64,000 nt of DNA, taken from the NCBI GenBank assembly GCA_030682385.1, contig JAUXOG010000104.1, positions 24,023-88,022 on the forward strand. The letters run 5' to 3'. The DNA comes from Bacteroidota bacterium (GTDB lineage Bacteria > Bacteroidota > Ignavibacteria > UBA10030 > BY39). Shown here piece after piece: positions 19,925 through 30,398 of this stretch. Numbering within the stretch: the first letter of the stretch is position 1; every line of letters starts with the position of its first letter. The position numbers and the translations under genes were made by a program. Below the pieces are notes generated by a model. It saw nothing but the letters and a program-made list of their open reading frames with translations, was not told where the DNA came from and ran no database searches.

Positions 19925-22654
19925 TCACAGTTCAGACTTTTCATAGCCTAATTCAATTAAAAATTTATCGAGTTGCGTAGTTTCCTTTTCTCTCTCCGTT
20001 AAAATGGAATGAAGTGGGAGAGTATATTTATTATGCAGGTTTTCTATTGCCAGCAGCAGTTGGCGGCTGTGGGTTTGCAGGTAGCCGTTAATGGTTTGGT
20101 GCAATACTCTGTTCCATCTTTTTAAAATTAGTTGTTTAGCTTCTTCGGGTGTAATGAGCAGCCGTGCCTGGTCAACTAAGTTTTGCTTTTTATCTTTTAT
20201 CTCCTTAATTATTTTTTTGCATTGCTTTAGTTCTTCTTCCAGGGCTGTGTGTTTGGCAATGCGGTTTTCATCGGCTTCTATCATAGCATCAAGGCGCTTC
20301 ACTTCGGAAGCATTTATTTCTGCTTCGGTTTGCAGTGTTGCAATTTCAGCAGCCAGTTTGGGTTGCTTTTTCAATGCTTTTTCATTGGCTTTAATCCGTT
20401 TCTGCAAATTCTTGCATTCTTTGTCTGCTTCTTTGCGTTCGCCTTTCAGTGCTTTTATGCCGTCTTTGTGTTCTTTCAACTCGTCTTTGGGCCATACATC
20501 GTAATCTTCTTCATTCCAAACAACATCTTCCAGTTCGTTCACTTCATTAAAGATGGCTTCAAGTTCTTCTTTTCTTGCTTCGTTGCTTCGCAGTTCTTTC
20601 AGCACATCTGGGAACTGGCTTTCCAAAATTTCATCATCGGGTATCAGTTCGACATTCCATCCGCTGGCAGCTACACTTTTTAAATCAAAATTCAGTTCGT
20701 TCCAATAAGCAGCTAAGGCACCACGGCTTTGGTAATTATCTAAAATGTCTGAACTGTGATTTTTTTGATTATTGTGATTAGTCTGATTACTTGACGCTTC
20801 TTTATCATGGTCATCAAGTGAATCAGATAAATCATAGTTCAGACTATTAGGTGCAATTTTTTCTGTAAATGAATTAGCAAATTTTCGGCTAAGGGCAAAA
20901 ATATTTTTGTTAACGGGGAGTGCTTCAAAATCGGGAACAACTTCATCCCACCATTCAGCCAACAAATCGGTGTAGGCATTTTGTGTGGCTTTTACTGCGG
21001 GGCTTTCATCCAACAGCTTTTTGATGTCTTCTTTTTGCGTGATGGCATCGGTAAATTTCAGGTAGTCGTTTTTCAACGGAGCAAATAATTTTTTACGCAA
21101 ACCTGGGTAAGAAGCAAAAGCATCATTCAAGGCATCTACTTCACTCACAGGAATACCACCTTGCAGGTGTGCATGCACATCGTGGGCTTCAGCCGGTGGG
21201 GCATTATCCACAAACCTGCGTATGTTCAGGTTGTATTCCTCGGCAGCCAGTTCTTCTTTGCTAACGAGTTTGCTGTATTTGTCAATTACTTTTTTGTGTC
21301 GGTAGGTGAAAGCAATTTTTTCGATGTCTTCCTGTCTCAATTTGTTTTGCACCTTGCCTTCTTTGTATTCCCGGTCAGCATTGATGAATAAAACCTTTTC
21401 TCTAAGGTGTGCATCTTTTTTATTTATCACAATCACCGAAGCCGGAATGCCTGTGCCGTAAAACAAAGCAGGCGGCAAACCAATCACGGCTTCTAAATAT
21501 CCTCTTTCAATTAACCATTTGCGGAAGTTGCGTTCGTCGCCACCTCTGAACAACACACCATGCGGCATTACCACTGCCATGCGTCCGTTATTATTCAATG
21601 AGGCAACCATGTGTTGCACAAACATGAAATCGGCTTTGCTTTTTACAGGCATCCAGTAATTGAAGCGTTCTTTAAACTTCATTCCGTCCTTGCTATAGTT
21701 CTGCGAAAAAGGCGGATTGGCAATAACGATGTCAAAAGTTTTCAGTTCGCCTTGTTCAATGTGCAAAGGGTTCATCAGTGTATCGCCATTCACTAAGTTG
21801 CTGTCGTAAATGTTATGAAACAGCAAATTCATTTTGCACAAACTCCATGTAGTTCCGTTTTTCTCCTGTCCGTAAAGTGAAAGATTACGGGCAGAACCGT
21901 AACGGCTTTCCACATAGTTTTTACTTTCAATGAGCATACCACCACTACCCACAGTAGGGTCATAAATTTCCGCATCCTGTGTTGGCTCTAAAATGTTTAC
22001 CAGCAGTCGCACCACTTCGTTGGGTGTGTAGAATTCGCCACCTTTTTTTCCAGCACTGTCGGCAAAATATTTTATCAAATACTCATAAGCGGCACCCAAC
22101 AAATCGGGGAACTCAAGGTTATCATCCGTTAATCTGATTTTATTAAACTCACGAATCAAGTCGCGTAAATCTTCATCGGTAATTTGCTTGTTGTTTTTTC
22201 CAATGCTGCGGTTGAAGTTGATGGATTTTAAAACACCTTCCAGTTTATCGAGGTTTGCATCTTCCAACGCAGCAAGTGCCTTGTTCAGGTGGTCGCCAAT
22301 TTCTTCCTGCAGGTCTTTTATGTAGGAAATTTTTTCACCTTTTTCATTTGCATCCGGGTCGCCGTCTAATTTTCTCCAACGGGCAGCAAGCGGAATAAAG
22401 AAATCGTATTCGGGTGCGTTTTGTTTTTCAAGTTCACCGTAAATCATTTCCGGATCGCTTACACCTCTGCCTTCAACAATTTTTTTCTTTCTTAAATCAC
22501 GGTGCACTTCAAACTGATCGTTCACGCGTTTGAGAAACAACATAGCAATGATGTATTCTTTGTATTCGGAAGCATCCATGTTTCCCCGTAAACTTTCGCA
22601 AGCTTCTTCAAGGAAGGTTTCTAACCGGGAGAGGGAGAGTTTATGTGTTGGCAT
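19925..22654 (-). CDS. hsdM: Type I RM methyltransferase subunit (HsdM, N6-adenine), with a roughly 350-400 aa C-terminal coiled-coil extension (909 aa in total).
   Basis: HsdM N-terminal domain and the VIANPPF catalytic motif. The C-terminal third is a long K/E-rich heptad-like region. Confidence 0.85.
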   Translation of the reverse strand: MPTHKLSLSRLETFLEEACESLRGNMDASEYKEYIIAMLFLKRVNDQFEVHRDLRKKKIVEGRGVSDPEMIYGELEKQNAPEYDFFIPLAARWRKLDGDPDANEKGEKISYIKDLQEEIGDHLNKALAALEDANLDKLEGVLKSINFNRSIGKNNKQITDEDLRDLIREFNKIRLTDDNLEFPDLLGAAYEYLIKYFADSAGKKGGEFYTPNEVVRLLVNILEPTQDAEIYDPTVGSGGMLIESKNYVESRYGSARNLSLYGQEKNGTTWSLCKMNLLFHNIYDSNLVNGDTLMNPLHIEQGELKTFDIVIANPPFSQNYSKDGMKFKERFNYWMPVKSKADFMFVQHMVASLNNNGRMAVVMPHGVLFRGGDERNFRKWLIERGYLEAVIGLPPALFYGTGIPASVIVINKKDAHLREKVLFINADREYKEGKVQNKLRQEDIEKIAFTYRHKKVIDKYSKLVSKEELAAEEYNLNIRRFVDNAPPAEAHDVHAHLQGGIPVSEVDALNDAFASYPGLRKKLFAPLKNDYLKFTDAITQKEDIKKLLDESPAVKATQNAYTDLLAEWWDEVVPDFEALPVNKNIFALSRKFANSFTEKIAPNSLNYDLSDSLDDHDKEASSNQTNHNNQKNHSSDILDNYQSRGALAAYWNELNFDLKSVAASGWNVELIPDDEILESQFPDVLKELRSNEARKEELEAIFNEVNELEDVVWNEEDYDVWPKDELKEHKDGIKALKGERKEADKECKNLQKRIKANEKALKKQPKLAAEIATLQTEAEINASEVKRLDAMIEADENRIAKHTALEEELKQCKKIIKEIKDKKQNLVDQARLLITPEEAKQLILKRWNRVLHQTINGYLQTHSRQLLLAIENLHNKYTLPLHSILTEREKETTQLDKFLIELGYEKSEL

Positions 22655-22771
22655 TAAATTAAAAACATTTTAATTTGTGAATTTACAATTATTAAGTTTT
22701 GTGGTTCTTTTCATTATCAGCAACAATACAAAATGTGTCCATGTTAATTTCAACAGGTGTTTATCTACAGA

Positions 22772-22800
22772 AGAAATACGAGGCAGTGCCTCGTATTTCT
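22772..22800. promoter_or_regulatory. 14 bp perfect inverted repeat AGAAATACGAGGCA-g-TGCCTCGTATTTCT between the divergent hsdM and hydantoinase promoters.
   Basis: Read directly in the sequence. Candidate operator or bidirectional hairpin. Confidence 0.4.
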
Positions 22801-22997
22801 GATCTGAATCTTTCAGTGCGAGTGCTATGTAAGATTTTTGTTTCGATTTCCATTTCTTTTGGCCCCATTAAGTTTAATGTTGTAATCTATTTCAATCTAA
22901 CAATTCATTTTGTGAATTTCAAGAAAATTTATAGGGATTACTCCTTTTTTCGGTTTTTGTTTAAATCTCTCAATTTGTCTATATTTACACCATCTTT

Positions 22998-24380
22998 ATG
23001 TCTGTCTTAATTAAAAACGGTCGTGTTGTTACTGCTTCGGATGATTTTCTTGCCGATGTATTCATCCAGAACGAGAAGATTACGAAAGTCGCTGAGAATA
23101 TTTCTCTTGCGACTACAACAGTAATAGACGCAGCCAATAAACTTGTTATCCCTGGCGGTATAGATGTTCACACACACATTGATATGCCTTATGGCGATAT
23201 AAAATCGACGGACGATTTTGAAACCGGAACTATCGCCGCTGCCTTCGGAGGAACAACGACGATCATAGATTTCGCGGTTCAATCGAAAGGACAATCGCTT
23301 TTTGATGCTTTGAATATCTGGAAGCAGAAAGCCGATGGCAAAGCTGTTATCGATTATGGCTTTCACATAATTATAACAGATGCGAACGAGAAATATCTCA
23401 GTGAACTTGATAAAGTTGTTAACGAAGGTGTTACAAGTTTTAAATTGTTCACAGCATATCCCGGCAGATTAATGCTAAACGATTCAGATATTTTCAGAGT
23501 GATGCAACAAGCAAAGCAAAACGGTGCCCTGATAATGATGCACGCTGAGAACGGTTACGTAATTGATAAGTTAATTCAACAGACGCTTGCTGAAGGAAAG
23601 ACCGAACCAATCTATCATGCTTTAACACGTCCGTCTGCGCTTGAGGGCGAAGCAACGAACAGAACCATTGCTCTTGCCAAAGTTGCCGATGTGCCGGTTT
23701 ATATCGTGCACGTTACTTGCAACGAAGCGATTGATGCTATCAAGCAGGCACGAATGCAAGGACAAAAAGTATTCGGCGAAACTTGTCCGCACTACTTGCT
23801 GTTGAGTGAAGATGATTTGAGAAGACCAAACTTTGAAGGTGCGAAGTATGTTCTTTCGCCGCCGCTGCGAGAAAAAAAACATCAGCAAACCCTGTGGGAT
23901 TCGCTAAATGATAATGTTCTTCAAACAATCGCAACCGACCACTGTCCTTTTAACTTCAGACAACACAAAGAGTTAGGGCGGTATGATTTTACCAAAATAC
24001 CGAACGGTGCACCTGGAATCGAGAACAGACTTCATCTCAGTTACGAGTTTGGAGTTAATCAAAAGCGTTTTTCTTTAAACCGGTGGGTCGAATTAGTATC
24101 AACCAACCCTGCAAAGATATTCGGAATGTATCCGCAGAAAGGCGAGATTGCGGCCGGCTGCGATGCCGATATTGTTATATGGAATCCTAACACCGCACAC
24201 ACCATCTCAGCACAAACTCATCACATGCGTGTCGATTATAATATGTTTGAAGGTTTTAAAGTTACAGGAAATGCTGAAACAGTTATTGCACGTGGCGAAG
24301 TAATCGTTGAGAAAAATAAATTTCTAAGTAAGCCGGGTCGCGGTAAGTTTATTAAACGTAATCTTTTCATTAAGAAATAA
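22998..24380 (+). CDS. Dihydropyrimidinase/D-hydantoinase (cyclic amidohydrolase).
   Basis: IPGGIDVHTHIDMPYG metal-binding motif, and the 460 aa DHPase family pattern. Confidence 0.85.
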   Translation: MSVLIKNGRVVTASDDFLADVFIQNEKITKVAENISLATTTVIDAANKLVIPGGIDVHTHIDMPYGDIKSTDDFETGTIAAAFGGTTTIIDFAVQSKGQSLFDALNIWKQKADGKAVIDYGFHIIITDANEKYLSELDKVVNEGVTSFKLFTAYPGRLMLNDSDIFRVMQQAKQNGALIMMHAENGYVIDKLIQQTLAEGKTEPIYHALTRPSALEGEATNRTIALAKVADVPVYIVHVTCNEAIDAIKQARMQGQKVFGETCPHYLLLSEDDLRRPNFEGAKYVLSPPLREKKHQQTLWDSLNDNVLQTIATDHCPFNFRQHKELGRYDFTKIPNGAPGIENRLHLSYEFGVNQKRFSLNRWVELVSTNPAKIFGMYPQKGEIAAGCDADIVIWNPNTAHTISAQTHHMRVDYNMFEGFKVTGNAETVIARGEVIVEKNKFLSKPGRGKFIKRNLFIKK

Positions 24381-24578
24381 TTCAAAATATTTTATGAAAA
24401 AGAAAATGTAAATCATATTATTTTACCACAAAGTATTTACCCTTTGAGAGCGTTGTGCATCCTTGGTGTCCTCTGTGTTTAAATATTATTCTAATTTGAT
24501 CAAACAATAAAAATCTTTCGCCGAAGGCGAATCCGCCTCTGGCGGAAAAATCCCAAATCATAAATCATAAATCTTATT

Positions 24579-25766
24579 ATGTCTCTACCATTATCTAAAA
24601 TTCGTGTTCTTGATTTCACAAGAATCTTAAGCGGTCCTTATTGCACAATGAAGTTAGGCGATATGGGGGCTGAAATTATAAAAATAGAAGCGCGCGGTTC
24701 GGGCGACGATACCCGCTACTGGGCTCCGCCTTATGTCGGAGAGGAGAGCGTTTACTTTTTGAGTGTCAACCGAAATAAACAAAGTATTACACTCGATTTG
24801 AAATCCAAAGAAGGCAAAGAAATCATCAAGAAGTTGATACGCAAGAGCGATATAGTTGTCGAGAACTTCCGTGCGGGTGTGATGGACAAATTGGGTTTCG
24901 ATTATAAATCTGTAAAAAAAATTAATCCTAAAATAGTTTATTGCTCTATTTCTGGTTACGGACAGACAAGTGAACAAAGTCATCAGCCGAGTTTTGATTT
25001 AGTAGTGCAAGGAGAATCGGGGTTTATGGATATCACCGGATTTCCGGATGCGAGTCCGACTAAAGCCGGAGTTTCACTCGCGGATATAGCAGCAGGTCAT
25101 GCAGCGTTTGAAGGAATTCTTCTCGCATTGTTCCATCGTCAGAAAACCGGAAAAGGGCAATACATTGACATCAGTTTGTTGGATAGTTTGATCTCGATGT
25201 TTACGTTTCAATCACAGATTGCATTATCAACAGCAACAACACCGAAACGCAAAGGCAATCTACATCCGACAATCACTCCTTACGAAACTTTCGAGACAAA
25301 GGAGGGTTACATAAACATCGCAGCGGGTAACGAGGGACTGTGGAAAAATTTCTGTAAAGCAATAAACCGGCTTGACCTGTTGAAGATTGAAAAGTTTATT
25401 GTTAATCCCAAGAGAGTTGAGAATCGAGTAGAGTTACAAAAGGAATTGATACCTGTTCTGAAGCAAAAGACAAGCGCCGAATGGTTCAAAATTTTTGCTG
25501 AGCACGATGTGCCCGTTGGAAAAATTAATACGGTGAAGGAAGCTTTAAACTTACCAACCGTTCTCGGCAGAGAAATGGTTATCGAGTTAAACCACTCAAC
25601 AATTGGTAAAATGAAGACCGTTGGTAATCCCATAAAGCTTAGCAGCGTAAAGAGTTACAATTATAAACCTGCCCCCACAATAGGTGAACATAGTGATAAA
25701 ATATTAAAACAACTTGGTTATTCAAAGAAAGAAATTGAAAAATTAAAATCACAGAAAGTTGTTTAG
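24579..25766 (+). CDS. Family III CoA-transferase (CaiB/BaiF/Frc-like).
   Basis: IRVLDFTRILSGPYCTMKLGDMGAEIIKIE N-terminus typical of CoA_transf_3. Confidence 0.85.
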   Translation: MSLPLSKIRVLDFTRILSGPYCTMKLGDMGAEIIKIEARGSGDDTRYWAPPYVGEESVYFLSVNRNKQSITLDLKSKEGKEIIKKLIRKSDIVVENFRAGVMDKLGFDYKSVKKINPKIVYCSISGYGQTSEQSHQPSFDLVVQGESGFMDITGFPDASPTKAGVSLADIAAGHAAFEGILLALFHRQKTGKGQYIDISLLDSLISMFTFQSQIALSTATTPKRKGNLHPTITPYETFETKEGYINIAAGNEGLWKNFCKAINRLDLLKIEKFIVNPKRVENRVELQKELIPVLKQKTSAEWFKIFAEHDVPVGKINTVKEALNLPTVLGREMVIELNHSTIGKMKTVGNPIKLSSVKSYNYKPAPTIGEHSDKILKQLGYSKKEIEKLKSQKVV

Positions 25767-25855
25767 AAAACCAAATCAAAGACTATCTTCAGTTGTTTTA
25801 AATACCGAAGTTTTGTAATTTTACACACATTTTTAATAAAATTTAAGGTTCAAAA

Positions 25856-26686
25856 TTGCTAAATAGTTTTTCATATTATAAACCGAAATCCGAAATTGAA
25901 ATTATTGAAACATTAAAATCTTTTGGAGACGATGCTAAAATATTAGCCGGCGGAACCGATTTGTTAGTTTATATGAAGCAGCAAATTGCAGGTCCGAAAG
26001 TATTGGTCGATATTAAAGGCGTTCCTGATTTTTCTAAAATTGACGTCGACAGTGGAGGCAATCTCATTATCGGAGCCGCTGTAACCTGCAACGACGTAGT
26101 AGAGAATCAATATATCCGAAATCATTTTCCGGTATTAGCGACTGCTGCAAAAACAATCGGGTCTTATCAAATTCGCAACCGTGCAACAGTCGTCGGAAAT
26201 ATTTGTAATGCTTCACCCGCGGCTGATATGGCGGGAGCGTTCCTCGTTTTGGATGCTGTTGTGATTATTGCAACAGAAAAAGGGAATCGTGAAATCCCAA
26301 TTAAACATTTTTTTGTTGGTGTTAAAAAAACATCGCTGCAACAAAATGAATTCGTAAAAGCAATTAAAGTTCCTGCTGATTACAAAGACGCCGAAGCAAG
26401 TTATTTAAAAGCAAGTCGCATTAAAGGACACGACCTCGGCACTTGCAACGCAGCTATGAGTCGCAGCAAAAACGGAAAAATTAAAATTGCAATTGGCTCG
26501 TGCAACATTACGCCGGTTTTACTTCCAGATTTCGACAGCAATAATATTGATTTGGCAAACATATTAACGACAGCGATGAATAGTATAAAACCGATTGATG
26601 ATTTAAGAGGTTCAAAAGAATACCGAAAACATCTCGTCCAAGTTTTTATCAAACGATTATTAAACGGAAAGGGACATAGCCATTAA
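25856..26686 (+). CDS. Molybdopterin dehydrogenase FAD-binding subunit (CoxM/XdhB-like). TTG start.
   Basis: YYKPKS...LAGGTDLLVYMK FAD_binding_5 pattern. Confidence 0.8.
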   Translation: MLNSFSYYKPKSEIEIIETLKSFGDDAKILAGGTDLLVYMKQQIAGPKVLVDIKGVPDFSKIDVDSGGNLIIGAAVTCNDVVENQYIRNHFPVLATAAKTIGSYQIRNRATVVGNICNASPAADMAGAFLVLDAVVIIATEKGNREIPIKHFFVGVKKTSLQQNEFVKAIKVPADYKDAEASYLKASRIKGHDLGTCNAAMSRSKNGKIKIAIGSCNITPVLLPDFDSNNIDLANILTTAMNSIKPIDDLRGSKEYRKHLVQVFIKRLLNGKGHSH

Positions 26687-27161
26687 GACGATAGCAGTAA
26701 CAATCAACGATAGAAGATACAGTAAAAGTGTTTCAGAAAATAGAACATTATTAGATTTTCTCCGCGAGGATTTGTATTTATTAGGTGTAAAAGAAGGATG
26801 CGGAGAAGGCGAGTGCGGCGCTTGTACAGTTTTAATGAATGGAAAACCGGTAAACTCCTGTTTGGTTTTAGCAGTTGAAGCCGACGGAACAATGATTCGC
26901 ACAATCGAAGGCGAATCGAAGAATGGAAAATTGAATCCGCTTCAGGAATCTTTTAAAAAACATCACGCAACACAATGCGGATTTTGCACTCCAGGTGTTA
27001 TAATGTCTGCAACATCACTTTTAGAGCGGAATCAAAACCCGGATGAAGAAGAAATCAAAGAAGCGATTGAAGGAAATTTTTGCAGATGCACCGGTTACCG
27101 GCAAATTATTGATGCGATAGCTGAAGCCGCTACGCTTTTAGAGAGCGAGGTAAAAAAATGA
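26682..27161 (+). CDS. [2Fe-2S] small subunit of the molybdenum hydroxylase (CoxS-like). The N-terminus begins at a non-canonical ATT/ATA codon.
   Basis: IKTIAVTINDRRY...LLDFLREDLYLLGVKEGCGEGECGACTV...CGFCTPG. The conserved N-terminus lies about 30 codons upstream of the first canonical start (TTG at 26772). There is no ATG/GTG/TTG in frame between the upstream stop and 26772. Confidence 0.7.
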   Translation: MKTIAVTINDRRYSKSVSENRTLLDFLREDLYLLGVKEGCGEGECGACTVLMNGKPVNSCLVLAVEADGTMIRTIEGESKNGKLNPLQESFKKHHATQCGFCTPGVIMSATSLLERNQNPDEEEIKEAIEGNFCRCTGYRQIIDAIAEAATLLESEVKK

Positions 27162-29527
27162 ACACTAAAAAAGAATATAAATATATCGGGAAAAGTGTTC
27201 CACGGATTGATGCGGATGAAAAAGTAACCGGACAAGCACGTTATGTTTCTGATATTTCGATGCCCGGAATGCTTCACGCAAAAATGTTAACATCGCCGGT
27301 GGCTCACGCAAAAATAAAAAAGATTGATACATCGAAAGCAAAAGCGTTGGATGGCGTGGTTGCAGTTCTTACCGGTGAAGAGTTAGACTATCATGTGGGA
27401 TTGTATCTTGTAGATAAACGGATTCTTGCCCGCGACAAAGTCCGTTATCAAGGCGAACCTGTAGCTGCGGTTGCAGCCGAAACTTTAGAAATAGCCGAAA
27501 AAGCTATCAAGTTAATCGAAGTGGAATATGAATTGCTCAAACCACTCCTTGATGTTGAAGAATCGTTTAATGAAAAAGAAAATTTAATTCATCCTGATTT
27601 AGGAAATTACAGTCATTTAAAAGCTGCCTTCTTTCCGCAGCCCGGAACTAACATCTGCCACGTTTCAAAAATCCGGAAGGGCGATATTGATAAAGGTTTT
27701 GCAGAAGCCGATGTGATTGTAGAACGTGAATACAATAATCCTTCGGTGCAGCACGTTCCTATGGAAACTCACGGCGCAATTGTTCAGTGGGGTGTTAGTG
27801 ATAAAGTAATGATTTATACAAGTGCACAATCGCCGTTCACCGTGCGAAATCTTTTTTGTTATACTTTTAAATTGCCGCATCAAAAAGTTCGTGTAGTAGT
27901 TCCCTATGTAGGCGGCGGATTTGGAGGGAAAGCCGGAATCCATTTCGAGCCGTTAGTCGGATGTCTTTCGCGCGCGGCGGGGGGCAGACCTGTAAAGTTG
28001 ATTGCCACAAGAGAAGAAGAATACAATACACTTCCGTGTCGCTGCGGACTTAAATTTAAAATCAAAACCGGTTTGAAGAAGAACGGAAAAATTACAGCGC
28101 AGAAATTAGTCCTGCTTTGGAGCGCCGGCGCTTATGCTGATTACGCTGTGAATGTTACGCGGGCTTCGGGATATTCTGCAGGCGGACCCTACTATTACGA
28201 AAATCTTTGCACTGATTCATACACCGTTTATACAAATCAGGTTTTCGGAACTGCATATCGTGGATTCGGACACGTCGAATTATTCTGGGGATTAGAGCGT
28301 CACATGGATTTGTGTGCCGATAAAATTGGAATAGATCCCTATGAATTCAAAAAAATAAATTTACTCAAACCCGACAACACAACTGCGACAGGAGAAATTG
28401 TAACCGATTCATCGGGCAGTGTACGCAAATGTTTAGATGCTGTAATAAAAGAAATTAATTGGAGCGGTCATAAAACTAACGAAGAAAAAATAACGGAAAT
28501 TAAATCGGGAAAAGTTCGCGGCAAAGGATTTGCCGTTTTGCACAAGGCGCCCGCTATGCCGACCAATACATCGAGTTCATGTGTAATTAAGATGAATGAG
28601 AATGGTTCCGTAATTTTGAATGTCTCTGCAACTGATTACGGCAATGGTACTTACACGCCATTAACTCAAATTATTGCTGAAGAGATGGATATTCCGTTAT
28701 CGAAAATACATGTAGCATTTGAAACCGATACCGACCGTGATCCATACGATTGGCAGACAGTCGCATCGAGATTTATGCCGATGGGTGGCAGGGCTGTCAT
28801 TAATGCTTGTAATGAATTGAAGAAAAAGATGTCTGAAGTTGCGGCAAAAGTTTTTGAGTGTTCGCAGGATGATTTTATTTTTGAAGATGAAAAAATAATT
28901 CTTAAAAACAATCCAGAAAAATTTATTCCGTACGAAAAATTAGCAACCGGATATGTCTTCCCGAATGGAAATGCAATTGGCGGTCCGCTGATTGGAGTTG
29001 GCGTTTACATTGCTGAAGGTTTGACGAATCTTGATAAAGAAACCGGGCAGGGTTTGCCGGCTTTCAATTGGACTTTCGGCGCTCACGGTGTTGAAGTTGA
29101 AGTCGATGTTGAAACAGGCGAGTTCACTGTTTTGAAAATAGCTTCTGCGCTGGATGTTGGAAAGGTTATGAACGAAGCATCGTTGAAAGGACAACTTATC
29201 GGCGGTGTGGTTCAAGGTTTAGGTACTGCAATTTGCGAGAGATACGTTTACAGCAGCGACGGACGACTCTTAAACAAATCTTTTACCGACAATAAAATAC
29301 CGACTGCGAAAGATATTCCAAATGTTTTTGTTCCGATTTTTATTGAAACTCCGCACGATAAAGGAGCTTACGGTTCACGGGGAGCCGCTGAACATCCGAT
29401 GATTTCTGTCGCACCCGCAATCGGAAATGCTTTGAAAGATGCTTTAGGAATTGAGTTGACTGAGATGCCTATTCGTTTCGAGGATGTTTGGTCGGCAATG
29501 CAAAAAGAGAAGACTCTTGTTGGTTAA
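27158..29527 (+). CDS. Molybdopterin-binding large subunit of a xanthine-dehydrogenase/aldehyde-oxidase-family hydroxylase.
   Basis: 789 aa with Ald_Xan_dh_C/C2 patterns (for example GGGFGGK and the AYRGFG region). ATGA overlap with the FeS subunit. Confidence 0.85.
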   Translation: MNTKKEYKYIGKSVPRIDADEKVTGQARYVSDISMPGMLHAKMLTSPVAHAKIKKIDTSKAKALDGVVAVLTGEELDYHVGLYLVDKRILARDKVRYQGEPVAAVAAETLEIAEKAIKLIEVEYELLKPLLDVEESFNEKENLIHPDLGNYSHLKAAFFPQPGTNICHVSKIRKGDIDKGFAEADVIVEREYNNPSVQHVPMETHGAIVQWGVSDKVMIYTSAQSPFTVRNLFCYTFKLPHQKVRVVVPYVGGGFGGKAGIHFEPLVGCLSRAAGGRPVKLIATREEEYNTLPCRCGLKFKIKTGLKKNGKITAQKLVLLWSAGAYADYAVNVTRASGYSAGGPYYYENLCTDSYTVYTNQVFGTAYRGFGHVELFWGLERHMDLCADKIGIDPYEFKKINLLKPDNTTATGEIVTDSSGSVRKCLDAVIKEINWSGHKTNEEKITEIKSGKVRGKGFAVLHKAPAMPTNTSSSCVIKMNENGSVILNVSATDYGNGTYTPLTQIIAEEMDIPLSKIHVAFETDTDRDPYDWQTVASRFMPMGGRAVINACNELKKKMSEVAAKVFECSQDDFIFEDEKIILKNNPEKFIPYEKLATGYVFPNGNAIGGPLIGVGVYIAEGLTNLDKETGQGLPAFNWTFGAHGVEVEVDVETGEFTVLKIASALDVGKVMNEASLKGQLIGGVVQGLGTAICERYVYSSDGRLLNKSFTDNKIPTAKDIPNVFVPIFIETPHDKGAYGSRGAAEHPMISVAPAIGNALKDALGIELTEMPIRFEDVWSAMQKEKTLVG

Positions 29528-30398
29528 TAATCAAATAGAAATAGCTTCATATTTAAATTCAATTCTTTCTAAAACCAATAATAGATTCTTTAACATACAT
29601 TCTATTTTTAATAAAGCTGTAAATTTTTATGACGGAGAAATGTTATTAACTTTTACTTCACCCGATGTGCAGTTATCTCCAACGAATATTGTTTTCAACG
29701 AGAGTCATTTGTTTAATTCTATTCATAATATATCACAAAATTCTGTCTGTGAATTAAACTATCCGATATTGAGTTTCAATTCTAGATATGGCGAATTTAG
29801 TGTTTCGCTTGAAACATGCGGTGTTGTGAAGACTGAAATCGAGACATATCATAAACTTTCGGAAACAGATATTGAACTATTCAAGTCGAATGTTTTCAAA
29901 GTAATCGATAATCGGAACAGCATACTAAATATTTATCATCATCATCAAACAGAAGATGCTTTGATGGAGAAGTTAAAAATTATCACACTTTCGATTCAGG
30001 AGAGTGTAACTGCAAACGAAGTAGATTATTTCAGAAGAGGAGTGAAAAAACTTTTAGGACTTGGGGCAGGATTGACACCTGCAGGCGATGATTTTGTGTA
30101 TGGACTTTTAGCCGTGTGGAAAACATTCGGTGGCGGCGGAATATTTAAAAAGGAATTAGAAACATTATTAGTTGAAAATAAAAATGAAACCGGAATAATC
30201 AGTTACAATATGTTGAATGCACTTATTAAAAATCATATCTACCTTCCTCTTAAAAATTTGTTTCGACAAATCAATAGCGGGAAGGAATACACGAGGGAAC
30301 TATCGGAGATTGCATCGTTCGGTGCAACTTCAGGGGCAGATATGATTGCAGGTGTATTGTTCGGATTAGAAAATCAGGAATATAAAATTGAAGCATAA
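29520..30398 (+). CDS. DUF2877-family protein (AllH/YlbF-like component of oxamate carbamoyltransferase). The start is uncertain (TTG 29520, ATG 29484 or ATG 29640).
   Basis: GLGAGLTPAGDDFVYGLL motif characteristic of DUF2877. Gene order DUF2877 - FdrA - DUF1116, as in E. coli ylbF-fdrA-ylbE. Confidence 0.6.
   Translation: MVNNQIEIASYLNSILSKTNNRFFNIHSIFNKAVNFYDGEMLLTFTSPDVQLSPTNIVFNESHLFNSIHNISQNSVCELNYPILSFNSRYGEFSVSLETCGVVKTEIETYHKLSETDIELFKSNVFKVIDNRNSILNIYHHHQTEDALMEKLKIITLSIQESVTANEVDYFRRGVKKLLGLGAGLTPAGDDFVYGLLAVWKTFGGGGIFKKELETLLVENKNETGIISYNMLNALIKNHIYLPLKNLFRQINSGKEYTRELSEIASFGATSGADMIAGVLFGLENQEYKIEA

Noticed and set aside
20091-20781. Three plus-strand ORFs (137, 144 and 68 aa) antisense to the hsdM coiled-coil region.
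   Set aside because: They lie entirely within the well-supported minus-strand hsdM CDS. The K/E-rich codon bias of hsdM creates long open antisense frames (F/L/C-rich translations) with no motifs, so they are likely spurious.
22699-23010. A 103 aa plus-strand ORF in the hsdM / hydantoinase intergenic region.
   Set aside because: Low-complexity F/L/I-rich translation with no RBS or motif. It overlaps the probable promoters and the palindromic operator, so it is treated as non-coding regulatory DNA.
26660-26904. Minus-strand ORFs of 80 and 66 aa overlapping the FAD / 2Fe-2S subunit junction.
   Set aside because: They are antisense to conserved coding sequence of the molybdenum-hydroxylase subunits and have no features of real genes.
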